Shown piece by piece: positions 16,925 to 24,899 of a stretch of DNA of 27,574 nt. Below the pieces are notes generated by a model. It saw only the letters and a program-made list of their open reading frames with translations, was not told where the DNA came from and searched no databases. Both the position numbers and the translations under genes were made by a program. Numbering within the stretch: the first letter of the stretch is position 1; each line of letters opens with the position of its first letter. Source of the stretch: a virus (taxonomy: Duplodnaviria > Caudoviricetes); the IMG/VR virus record IMGVR_UViG_3300042567_001104, positions 1 through 27,574 of that record, one strand, 5' to 3'.

Positions 16925-17131
16925 ATGATTACCGTAGATTACAATACTGCACATAGCATTGTAGAAAAGAATAGCAACCTATCTTGGGATGGTTGGAAGA
17001 TTATAGATTTCAAAAAGGATTTTAAAGCTGAGTTTTCTAATGCTGGAATTAGACTTAATGGTGCTTGGGGATTCTACAGAACTTACGAGTTAGATAGAAG
17101 TGGCTGGAAGGTTCCTAAAAAATATGCTTAG
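16925..17131 (+). CDS. hypothetical protein
   Basis: 68 aa, AGGA SD, Trp-rich (LSWDGW). Confidence 0.75.
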   Translation: MITVDYNTAHSIVEKNSNLSWDGWKIIDFKKDFKAEFSNAGIRLNGAWGFYRTYELDRSGWKVPKKYA

Positions 17132-17402
17132 TGAAGAGTGGGTAGTAAAAGCCAAATGTAGATCATTTGATAGGGAACTGTTTTTTGATAAGTATGAAGA
17201 GGATCCAGTTCTTGCCAAGACTGTTGATGAAATTTGTTTAACTTGTCCAGTAATTTCAGACTGCTTTTTTCATGGAACAACAAACTCTGAATGGGGTGTA
17301 TGGGGTGGTGTTTACTTAGTTGATGGTGAAGTAAACAATACTAAGAATGCTCATAAGACAAAAGATAAGTGGATAGAAATATTGGAGGCTGTAGATGGTT
17401 AA
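17124..17402 (+). CDS. whiB: WhiB-family Fe-S transcription factor
   Basis: W...AKC...LFF...ICLTCPVISDC...WGVWGG: four Cys and the GVWGG turn; start moved to ATG 17124. Confidence 0.92.
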   Translation: MLSEEWVVKAKCRSFDRELFFDKYEEDPVLAKTVDEICLTCPVISDCFFHGTTNSEWGVWGGVYLVDGEVNNTKNAHKTKDKWIEILEAVDG

Positions 17403-17652
17403 CATCACAAATGATATGAGAAAATCTTTATCTCAAATCAAGCCACCTTATAAAGGATTGGTTGTAGACTTTGTAGATATGGACAAATATCTTTCTCTTA
17501 GAATTTATGAAAACCAGATTATGTCTTTGTCTAGTGGACAGCAATTAAGTTTTATGGAATACCTACAGATACTTCGTAAAACTGTGGAGTCATACGGTAT
17601 AACCTGCCACTTTGAAGGTGCTAAAGGCGATCCACCAAGGAGCATATCTTAA
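17395..17652 (+). CDS. hypothetical protein
   Basis: 85 aa, GGAGG SD. Confidence 0.8.
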   Translation: MVNITNDMRKSLSQIKPPYKGLVVDFVDMDKYLSLRIYENQIMSLSSGQQLSFMEYLQILRKTVESYGITCHFEGAKGDPPRSIS

Positions 17653-17838
17653 ATGTTTCACCGTCTTGTTTGGATGATTGAAGAGCATGTAACTGCTGAA
17701 TTAGTTTCTTTTGGTGCTCACTCATCCCGTGTTAGATATTTTTATAATGGCACAGAGTACGATGAAATTGTAATGAATGAAGACTTTATTCCATACGATG
17801 AGCTTGGAATCCAATACGAAACCCTGGAAGAAGAATAG
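17653..17838 (+). CDS. hypothetical protein
   Basis: 61 aa, AAGGAG SD. Confidence 0.75.
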   Translation: MFHRLVWMIEEHVTAELVSFGAHSSRVRYFYNGTEYDEIVMNEDFIPYDELGIQYETLEEE

Positions 17839-18866
17839 TGATTAAATACAAACAACAAAGACAACTATGCTTTGATGATATTTTAATGGTTCCACAAACA
17901 TCAAATGTTCAGAGTAGATCAGAAATTGATTTAAGAATGCCTTTTGGCAAAGGTTCGCACCTAACCTTTCCTGTAATTGCAGCACCAATGGATACTGTCT
18001 GTGAAGAAGAAATGGCAGTTGCAATTGCAAAAGCAGGTGGTCTTGGAATGATTCATAGATTTATGGACATAAAGAAACAACAAAGAATAGTGCAGAATTT
18101 ATGTTTACAGGACTTAGCAGTTGGTGCTTCTGTGGGAGCAAAAAGAACATACTTGGAGGACACTGGAAAACTATTGCTTTCTGGTGCCTCAGCGATCCTT
18201 GTAGATACCGCAAATGGACACAGTAGTTACGCTGTAGAAGCGGTTAAAAAGATTAGGGATACATTTGGTACCAGTTTTCACTTAATGGCTGGAAATGTAT
18301 CTACTAAGTTTGGTTTTGAAGCCTTGTCAGAAGCAGGTGCAGACTCTATTCGTGTTGGAATTGGTGGTGGCTCAGTATGCACTACTAGATTAGTTTCTGG
18401 TCACGGAATTCCTACTCTAGCATCCATTATGGAAATCAAAGAATGGAAAGAAGAGTCTGGTATAAATACAACAATAATTGCTGATGGCGGAATAAGAAAT
18501 ACTGGAGATATGATTAAGGCTTTTGCTGCAGGTGCTGATGCCGTAATGCTTGGGTCTATGTTGGCTGGTACAGATGAATCACCTGGAAGACTACTTATTG
18601 ATGGCTCTGGAAAGTATAAAATTTTTAGAGGTATGGCAAGTAAAGAAGCTAACCAAGGAAAAGATGTTCCTATTGCAGAAGGTGTTGCAACAAAAATTGC
18701 ACACAAGGGACCAGTAGATAAAATATTTAGTGATATTCGTGGTGGTCTTGGAAGTGGATGCTCCTACTCTGGAGAACATAATCTTAGAGACTTATATGAA
18801 GGATCAATGTATATCGAAGTTTCAAGTCTCTCGGTAAGTGAAAGTAAGCCTCACGCTCTTGTATAA
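17838..18866 (+). CDS. IMPDH/GMP reductase family protein without CBS domains (probable GMP reductase)
   Basis: [45 protein letters not shown] (catalytic Cys), IIADGGI, FRGMAS, AEGV. Confidence 0.9.
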   Translation: MIKYKQQRQLCFDDILMVPQTSNVQSRSEIDLRMPFGKGSHLTFPVIAAPMDTVCEEEMAVAIAKAGGLGMIHRFMDIKKQQRIVQNLCLQDLAVGASVGAKRTYLEDTGKLLLSGASAILVDTANGHSSYAVEAVKKIRDTFGTSFHLMAGNVSTKFGFEALSEAGADSIRVGIGGGSVCTTRLVSGHGIPTLASIMEIKEWKEESGINTTIIADGGIRNTGDMIKAFAAGADAVMLGSMLAGTDESPGRLLIDGSGKYKIFRGMASKEANQGKDVPIAEGVATKIAHKGPVDKIFSDIRGGLGSGCSYSGEHNLRDLYEGSMYIEVSSLSVSESKPHALV

Positions 18867-18885
18867 CTAATTTAAATCTCCCCAA

Positions 18886-18894
18886 TGTTATAAT
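18886..18894 (+). promoter_or_regulatory. extended -10 promoter
   Basis: TGtTATAAT; downstream leader hairpin TATTAGTCT/AGGCTAATA and GGGAG SD. Confidence 0.6.
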
Positions 18895-18937
18895 TAAACT
18901 ATTAGTCTCAAGATAGGCTAATACGGGAGAAAGAGAA

Positions 18938-20767
18938 TTGAAAAAACTTAAAAGGCTTATTTCTTATGTTTTAATAACATGTTTAGCTGGTATTTTAGGT
19001 ATTTTCTTAATTAGCCCAGCATCATACGCAAACCCTCCTTTAGTTTGCAACATGTCTACTGTAACTGGTGACGATGATGGTTCTTTTCAAATGCTTCTTC
19101 CGTTTTCTTTAAAGCTTGGATCAACAGAATACGATAGGGTATATTACAGTACTAATGCAACTGTAACCTTTGGTCAACCAGATGGCACGTTTCATGACTA
19201 TCCTCAAACTCCTTCTGTTTCTGTTGCAGGTAGAGACTGGGTTTCTTTTGGTCCAGGAGCTTATACCTCTTATGGATACAACAATGATTCTTTTTGTATA
19301 GAATGGTCTGTGCGACCATTTCCACAGTCAAGTGGTCCTCTAACCCAGATGAGATTAGTTGTAAATAAGTTCCCAAATGGCAACTGGCATGGTGAGATTA
19401 CCACAATGACACCACTTCCCCCAGATGCAAGAAGAGCAATTAGGTATGAGTACGGTCAGCCCGTTGTAACCATGGCTGCAGCCTTTGACGTTGGCGATGC
19501 TGGAATACCAATTGAAGTTTCACCTGCACCAACACCATCAAACTTTACAGAGCCACCTTTAGTTCCAACTCAATGTTGGGATGGAAGCACAGTTTATGCT
19601 CCTAATACATGTCCAACAGAACCAACATATACCTGTTGGGATGGAACAATAACAAACTATGAATCAGAATGTCCATCCAGCCCACCTGACATAATTTGTT
19701 GGGATAGCTCAACGGTTCCTTGGAATAGCACTTGCCCCCCTGAGCCTCCTGCTGTCCAATGTTGGGACGGAACATCAGTTCCTTGGAATGGTACCTGTCC
19801 GATAGAACCTCAAGTAACTTGTTGGGATGGGTCTATCGTACATTATGAATCAGAGTGTACGCCAACCCCACCAGATATTGTTTGCTGGAATGAAGAAGTT
19901 ATTTCCTGGAATGAAACCTGTCCACAAATGCCACCACCGATTGAGTGTTGGGATGGATCAGAAGTTAATTGGGATGCTCAGTGTCCACCTATACCACCGA
20001 ATATTAATTGCTGGGATGGATCTATTATTTCCTGGAATGAAGTATGCCCAATAGAGCCTAGTCCAACCCCAAGTCTTACTGCCAGCCCTGAACCACAGCC
20101 GTCAGAATCACAAACGCCAACATTAGAACCGTCACCCCAGCCAACAGAGCCAAGCCCACAGCCGTCAGAAACCTCTGTACAGCCTTCAGAAACGCCTTCA
20201 CCTAGTCCAACCCCTTCTTTAAGTCCCTCAGAATCTCCGTTGCAGCCTGAAGAACCTGTTGTAGTTCCATCCCCAACTCCTGAGCCAGAGACTTCATCTC
20301 CAGAACCATTAGTTCCAGATTCAACTGAGAGTCCAACTCCTGATCCAAGTCCTGAAACCACTGATCTTCCATCTAATAATAATATCATAGACGGATTGAC
20401 TTTAGAGGAATCAGTTGCTTTAAATGAATTGCTTACAGAGTATGGTCCAATGGATGCAGTATCTTTTGAGGATTTTGAAGCATCTGGTCTTGACTACGAA
20501 GATTTGCCCCCAAATCAACCAATTATGTTGGAGAACGGTGTAATCCTTACAGCAGAGGTTGCTGATGCGATAGAGATATTTTCAGACCCCAGCGAACTAT
20601 TACTAACAGTTTTAACAGATCCAGGTAAGGCATTAAAAGCTTTTGCTAACGTTGGTGCAGACATGACACCAGAACAACGCAAAGAATCACAAATAGTAGT
20701 TGTTGCGTCCATTATTGTTGGACAGGTAATATCAACAACTAATTTAATAACAGGGAGGATAAGATAA
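18938..20767 (+). CDS. exported/membrane-anchored protein with CWDG repeats and Pro/Ser/Thr linker
   Basis: Signal peptide (ASYA cleavage-like site), globular N-domain, 8 Cys-pair repeats, PSPTP linker, acidic domain, C-terminal hydrophobic helix. Confidence 0.85.
   Translation: MKKLKRLISYVLITCLAGILGIFLISPASYANPPLVCNMSTVTGDDDGSFQMLLPFSLKLGSTEYDRVYYSTNATVTFGQPDGTFHDYPQTPSVSVAGRDWVSFGPGAYTSYGYNNDSFCIEWSVRPFPQSSGPLTQMRLVVNKFPNGNWHGEITTMTPLPPDARRAIRYEYGQPVVTMAAAFDVGDAGIPIEVSPAPTPSNFTEPPLVPTQCWDGSTVYAPNTCPTEPTYTCWDGTITNYESECPSSPPDIICWDSSTVPWNSTCPPEPPAVQCWDGTSVPWNGTCPIEPQVTCWDGSIVHYESECTPTPPDIVCWNEEVISWNETCPQMPPPIECWDGSEVNWDAQCPPIPPNINCWDGSIISWNEVCPIEPSPTPSLTASPEPQPSESQTPTLEPSPQPTEPSPQPSETSVQPSETPSPSPTPSLSPSESPLQPEEPVVVPSPTPEPETSSPEPLVPDSTESPTPDPSPETTDLPSNNNIIDGLTLEESVALNELLTEYGPMDAVSFEDFEASGLDYEDLPPNQPIMLENGVILTAEVADAIEIFSDPSELLLTVLTDPGKALKAFANVGADMTPEQRKESQIVVVASIIVGQVISTTNLITGRIR
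19568..20059 (+). repeat. 8 tandem 20-21 aa C-W-(D/N)-x9-C repeats
   Basis: e.g. CWDGSTVYAPNTCP, CWDGTITNYESECP, CWDSSTVPWNSTCP ... CWDGSIISWNEVCP. Confidence 0.9.
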
Positions 20768-20958
20768 TGAAGAAATGGTTAACAGATAAGTTTCGTGAAA
20801 CACTAAACCAAACATTCACCCTTCTTGGTATGTTCATAGCATGGGCAGTCCTTGATGGGTCTGCTAAAACAGTAGTAGGATGGGCAGTTTTAATCTGCAC
20901 AGCAGCATGGTTGTTTTCAATGAAATTTAGGGAAGGAGAACAAAATGACAAAGAATAA
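20767..20958 (+). CDS. small two-helix membrane protein
   Basis: 63 aa, GGAGG SD, two hydrophobic segments. Confidence 0.8.
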   Translation: MKKWLTDKFRETLNQTFTLLGMFIAWAVLDGSAKTVVGWAVLICTAAWLFSMKFREGEQNDKE

Positions 20959-21256
20959 GGTAGACGTAACAGTCAAAGATCCTGCAACTGGAGAAGAAGT
21001 AATCGGATCCAAGGCAGTAACAAATGTCTGGAATATATTTTTCAGAATTGTTGCAGTATTTGCAGCATCAGGACTTTCAATCATTGGTGCAGGTTCCCTC
21101 GTTGGAATTGACACTCTAACTGCAGTAATTATGGCAGGTACTCTTGGTGTTGCCACAGTCGTAGAAAAGCTCGCAAGAGCCTTCCTCGATGACGGTAAGC
21201 TAAGTGCCAGTGAAATCAACTCAGCATTTAGCTCAGTAGATAAAAAGGCTGAATAA
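20945..21256 (+). CDS. membrane protein (holin-like topology)
   Basis: 103 aa, AAGGAG SD, two hydrophobic segments, C-terminal DDGKLSASEI (EF-hand-like). Confidence 0.75.
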   Translation: MTKNKVDVTVKDPATGEEVIGSKAVTNVWNIFFRIVAVFAASGLSIIGAGSLVGIDTLTAVIMAGTLGVATVVEKLARAFLDDGKLSASEINSAFSSVDKKAE

Positions 21257-21275
21257 TATATAATAAAACCAGGTT

Positions 21276-21313
21276 AGACCAGGATAACTCTCACGACTAT
21301 CCTGGTCTTTCTT
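21276..21313 (+). terminator. intrinsic terminator-like hairpin
   Basis: AGACCAGGATA-11nt-TATCCTGGTCT perfect 11-bp stem followed by TTCTT. Confidence 0.7.
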
Positions 21314-21314
21314 A

Positions 21315-21323
21315 TGCTATAAT
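21315..21323 (+). promoter_or_regulatory. extended -10 promoter, predicted leaderless transcript
   Basis: TGcTATAAT, 6 nt, then ATG 21330; no SD. Confidence 0.7.
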
Positions 21324-21329
21324 TTATTT

Positions 21330-21851
21330 ATGAATGGCTTAGAAGATCTTTTAACCCCAGATGAAAAGGCATTGCACGATGCATTAGTCTCCATCGCAAA
21401 CCAATATGGTAAGTTTAATGAAGATGGATCTGGTATATGGGCAGGTTACACACCAGCCTCAGACAATGATAATGCTGATATTGGAGTTAAGTGCTCTAAC
21501 TGTGCATTATACGCAGGTGGAGACATTTGTGAGATCCTAGACTTCCAGGTAGAACCAGAAGGTGCTTGTAGATTTGCGGTAATCCCAGATGGTTATGTAG
21601 ATGTATCTAGAGATACAGACAATGATGACATGGAAGACGATAATTTAGATGACATGTATAAGTCTGATAACGAAGAAGAAGACAAATGGGACAACATTGA
21701 AAAGAAATGCTGGGTTGGATACAGACAAGATGGCATGAAAGAAAAGAATGGCAGAATGGTTCCAAACTGCGTCCCAGTATCTAAGTCTGACAGTGAGCAG
21801 CCAATGTCCAAGAGTCTTTGGCATGGATCTCCATTTAGTGGATTAAAATAA
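21330..21851 (+). CDS. protein with HiPIP-like 4-Cys domain and CWxGY...PNCV motif
   Basis: CSNC-x8-C-x12-C; acidic linker; KCWVGYRQDGMKEKNGRMVPNCVP. Confidence 0.7.
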   Translation: MNGLEDLLTPDEKALHDALVSIANQYGKFNEDGSGIWAGYTPASDNDNADIGVKCSNCALYAGGDICEILDFQVEPEGACRFAVIPDGYVDVSRDTDNDDMEDDNLDDMYKSDNEEEDKWDNIEKKCWVGYRQDGMKEKNGRMVPNCVPVSKSDSEQPMSKSLWHGSPFSGLK

Positions 21852-22255
21852 TGTATGAATATAGCGTGAAAAAAGTATTAAAGGTGATTGACGGTGACAC
21901 TATTGATGTTGATATTGATCTTGGCTTTAATGTTTCGTATACACAGAGGGTAAGATTAGCAGGAATTGATACCCCTGAGTCTAGAACAAAAGATCTTAAA
22001 GAAAAGGCACTTGGTTTAGAGGTTAAAGACTATCTTAGTAAAAGGCTTAAAGATGCTAAGGTAATTGTGATTAAGACAGAGCTTCCAGATAGTACAGAAA
22101 AGTATGGTCGTATCCTTGGTTGGCTATATGTAGATGGTGAAAAATTATCCGTAAATGAATCTATGATTAAAGAAGGATATGCTTGGACCTATGATGGTGG
22201 TACAAAGAAAAAAGACTTTGATGTACTAATAGCTAAGAGAAAAAATAACGGATAG
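21851..22255 (+). CDS. thermonuclease (staphylococcal nuclease family)
   Basis: VIDGDTI, RVRLAGIDTPE, KYGRILG, NESMIKEGYA. Confidence 0.93.
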   Translation: MYEYSVKKVLKVIDGDTIDVDIDLGFNVSYTQRVRLAGIDTPESRTKDLKEKALGLEVKDYLSKRLKDAKVIVIKTELPDSTEKYGRILGWLYVDGEKLSVNESMIKEGYAWTYDGGTKKKDFDVLIAKRKNNG

Positions 22256-22266
22256 CGTTAGATATA

Positions 22267-22785
22267 CTAAATAGACAAAATATCTATAGGACCTTGGCAA
22301 CTTGGAGATAGCTCAATAGCAGCACTCACAGCGGTGTAGGCACGTTTTTCAGCAGACTTCCATGTAGAAGTAGTATACAAAGATCCCATGGCTATAGATG
22401 AGCCAGAACCAATAGCCATATATTCACACTCAGTTACTTGCCAGTCTTGAGTATCAATAAAAAACAATTGATCTGATACGCCAACCAAAAATGATGCATG
22501 AGCACTCTCCTTAAGGTCTACACCAGACTCTGTTAGTTGCTTTCTAATAGAACTAATAAATGTAGTACGCATAAACTTTTCTACATTCTTTTTGGGTGGT
22601 GTAGGAAGAGTCATCCAGTGCAGCAATTGTCCAGTTCCAGGGGAATCAGCATAGCCAATGATATACATACCATTTTGTCTAATCTTAGGAGCGGTCATAG
22701 AGACAATAACATCATCATCAGACAAACCTCTTTCAGAGGCTAAATATACACCAGTATCTGATCGGATACCCACTATACATGTCAT
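22267..22785 (-). CDS. Ntn-hydrolase, proteasome-beta/HslV-like peptidase
   Basis: MTCIVG (Thr1 nucleophile after Met removal), conserved KI, YMAIGSGSSIAMGSL. Confidence 0.8.
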   Translation of the reverse strand: MTCIVGIRSDTGVYLASERGLSDDDVIVSMTAPKIRQNGMYIIGYADSPGTGQLLHWMTLPTPPKKNVEKFMRTTFISSIRKQLTESGVDLKESAHASFLVGVSDQLFFIDTQDWQVTECEYMAIGSGSSIAMGSLYTTSTWKSAEKRAYTAVSAAIELSPSCQGPIDILSI

Positions 22786-22901
22786 GCGTTATTACTCTTT
22801 CTTTTAGATTTATCCCACATATATCTTCTAACATTAACATAGCAGTTTAAGGCTACAAATGTCAGGATAAGCATTTCAGCTACTGAGTGTGAAAATTTCA
22901 T
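22782..22901 (-). CDS. small membrane protein (39 aa)
   Basis: MKFSHSVAEMLILTFVALNCYVNVRRYMWDKSKRKSNNA; TAATG and ATGA coupling on both sides. Confidence 0.65.
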   Translation of the reverse strand: MKFSHSVAEMLILTFVALNCYVNVRRYMWDKSKRKSNNA

Positions 22902-23152
22902 TATTTACCTTCTAATACCTTAATGGTTTCGCAAGGGTATTCATATCCACCACATACAATACAAAAATCCACTGAGTCTGATGGAGAGCAACATTCAGGG
23001 TCTCCACATCCACCATCATTTACAGCATAATGCAACTCACGAATACGTTCAGTTGCTTCCTGTATACCTTGCTTACGAGCAAAAGTACACCTATTGCAAG
23101 GACAGTAGTCAGACTTTGACTCTGGAATATCTGATGCACTTGATGCTGCCAT
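22901..23152 (-). CDS. Cys-rich hypothetical protein
   Basis: 83 aa; CPCNRC, RIRELH...CIVC...YPCET. Confidence 0.7.
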   Translation of the reverse strand: MAASSASDIPESKSDYCPCNRCTFARKQGIQEATERIRELHYAVNDGGCGDPECCSPSDSVDFCIVCGGYEYPCETIKVLEGK

Positions 23153-23547
23153 TACTTCTCACCCTTCCTTTTTTCAAATATCTGGGAAGATATCATCATA
23201 TCAGCAGTTGCCTTATTAACTGCCACACCAGCATTCCAAAGAGTTGCTAATCTTAATAGAGCCTTAACATCAGGGTCATGCGGTTGAGCCTCTAATGGAT
23301 CCCAGAAGAAGATAAGGATGTCAATTATGCCCTCAGATATGGAAGCACCAATTTGTTGGTCTCCACCTAAAGGTCCACTTAGAAACTTAGTAATTGGCAG
23401 GTGAAGTTCATTTTGCAAAAGGATACCAGTGTTACCAGTAGCATATAGATGATGCTTACTAAGGGTAGAATGATTAATCTTACACCACTCCAAAAGGTCT
23501 TGTTTCTTGTTATCGTGAGCAACAAGGGCTATATGTCTAGTCTTCAT
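23152..23547 (-). CDS. mgsA: methylglyoxal synthase
   Basis: [45 protein letters not shown]; start set at MKTRHIAL. Confidence 0.95.
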   Translation of the reverse strand: MKTRHIALVAHDNKKQDLLEWCKINHSTLSKHHLYATGNTGILLQNELHLPITKFLSGPLGGDQQIGASISEGIIDILIFFWDPLEAQPHDPDVKALLRLATLWNAGVAVNKATADMMISSQIFEKRKGEK

Positions 23548-23589
23548 TGTATACCCCATATCTAATAGCTTTATCACTTACAAAAAACA

Positions 23590-23709
23590 TTATCTTTTAA
23601 CTTTCGTTGGTGAGTCTTTTAAGAAACACTTATCACATAATACCCTGGAATCAGTCTTAGATTCAAACCAGATATTTAGCTTCTTGACACTGCAGTCACT
23701 ACAGTTCAC
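23590..23709 (-). CDS. small zinc-finger protein (39 aa)
   Basis: GTG start, GGAGG SD; MNCSDCSVKKLNIWFESKTDSRVLCDKCFLKDSPTKVKR. Confidence 0.65.
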   Translation of the reverse strand: MNCSDCSVKKLNIWFESKTDSRVLCDKCFLKDSPTKVKR

Positions 23710-23888
23710 TAGTCCTCCAAATAGATGGCAGGTATTACAATAAGTTCTTCAGGGTTGGCTTCGTTCCATTTGTTAACAGCTCCTACAAGGATCTCACGCT
23801 TTTCTGGAACGGTAAGCTCACGCACAAGGTTGCTCTCGATAGAGGCAATACCTGCTTTAACAATCTCTAACATATATGCTACATCCAT
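23709..23888 (-). CDS. hypothetical protein (59 aa)
   Basis: MDVAYMLEIVKAGIASIESNLVRELTVPEKREIL...YLED; AAGGT SD. Confidence 0.7.
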   Translation of the reverse strand: MDVAYMLEIVKAGIASIESNLVRELTVPEKREILVGAVNKWNEANPEELIVIPAIYLED

Positions 23889-24026
23889 TTAATTTACCTT
23901 AATTTCGGCGGTTCGGCGGCGAGAGGAAGAACAATCACATTCTGGTGTAGATTCTGGTTGTCCCAACAATGAAGCACACCATGGTCTATGGATATATTTA
24001 GAAATGGCAGGAAGAAGATTAAACAC
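23889..24026 (-). CDS. hypothetical protein (45 aa)
   Basis: 3' part of track ORF 23889..24107; GTG start after AAGGT avoids a long overlap. Confidence 0.5.
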   Translation of the reverse strand: MFNLLPAISKYIHRPWCASLLGQPESTPECDCSSSRRRTAEIKVN

Positions 24027-24180
24027 GATTCTTACCTTTGCTATTAAAGGAGGGAACCTTAAGGGTATCAAGAAGGGATAGGTAATGATGAACAAACAAT
24101 TGCTCATATTCCTTTTCAGTAAGGTTAGGATCAGATTCTAACTCTTTGACCATTAGTTCTTTTACTTTATCTACAATCAT
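24019..24180 (-). CDS. hypothetical protein (53 aa)
   Basis: MIVDKVKELMVKELESDPNLTEKEYEQLFVHHYLSLLDTLKVPSFNSKGKNRV; ATGA coupling. Confidence 0.65.
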   Translation of the reverse strand: MIVDKVKELMVKELESDPNLTEKEYEQLFVHHYLSLLDTLKVPSFNSKGKNRV

Positions 24181-24320
24181 GTATTTACACATCCATATTC
24201 AAAAACGCATTTGTTAGGTAATAATTTTTCGGGGGTAGGAGAAGATGTAGCTACAGATGCCCATAACATTATATAAGCTATCAACACATATATGATAATA
24301 GACAAGAGATACTTCTTCAC
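24177..24320 (-). CDS. small membrane/exported protein (47 aa)
   Basis: GTG start 6 nt after a -10 box; MKKYLLSIIIYVLIAYIMLWASVATSSPTPEKLLPNKCVFEYGCVNT. Confidence 0.65.
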   Translation of the reverse strand: MKKYLLSIIIYVLIAYIMLWASVATSSPTPEKLLPNKCVFEYGCVNT

Positions 24321-24326
24321 TTGACA

Positions 24327-24355
24327 ATGATATCAGAAAACAATCAGAATGTCAA
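24327..24355 (-). promoter_or_regulatory. SigA-type promoter, predicted leaderless transcript
   Basis: TTGACA-17nt-TATCAT with TGn extension. Confidence 0.8.
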
Positions 24356-24594
24356 AGATAAACACACAATACACACTATATTAGGCTTTTACGCCCCCTT
24401 TGCATATATTCATACAGTTGCATAATATGCAACATTTATACACAAATACACTGATGCTAGATAGTTTAAACACTTGCTGTATATATATTCTAATTTTATT
24501 GAGTATTAATGAGTATTGTTACATAATCGTAATACTTGTAGCATATCTACATGGTGTTCTATCTATCTTATGATATCTCCTTTAAACAATAGAC

Positions 24595-24627
24595 TTTCCC
24601 GTGATTTTTTTGATTCGTTCGTAATGT
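24595..24627. repeat. bipartite motif TTTCC(n)GTGA-N14-TCGTAA, copy 1
   Basis: tttcccgtgatttttttgattcgttcgtaatgt. Confidence 0.75.
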
Positions 24628-24899
24628 TTTTTGTAGGATATCTCCAATATATGTGCTAAAATAATCAGATAAAACATGTATATTTTGTGCATAAACTACA
24701 AGATAATGCATAAAAACTGCATAAAAGTTATTAATTCTTATATGTTTTCTACACATAATTTAATCAGCTATAATTGTGGGGTATGAACTGTATGTTTCAT
24801 TACATCTCTTACATACTATATAGGTATATAGGGTATATGGACATGATGCTCTACCACCCTCGATATGTCCAAATAAAAGACAGATAAGTTTATTAAACA

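Noticed and set aside
19568-20059. ~60-nt periodic repeats as a CRISPR array or DGR repeat
   Set aside because: Conserved at protein level with synonymous variation; no identical repeats, no cas or reverse transcriptase gene.
4148-20951. Many antisense or alternate-frame ORFs inside large genes (e.g. 4148, 5072, 5894, 9929, 12452, 13312, 18401, 19827, 19978)
   Set aside because: They overlap well-supported genes and have no recognisable motifs; typical shadows of biased codon usage.
24027-24107. N-terminal part of track ORF 23889..24107
   Set aside because: Overlaps a better-coupled ORF (24019..24180); the GTG at 24026 is the more plausible start.
24568-24756. 62-aa minus-strand ORF in the AT-rich gap
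   Set aside because: No clear SD or leaderless promoter, and it runs through DNA repeats; not supported, though not excluded.
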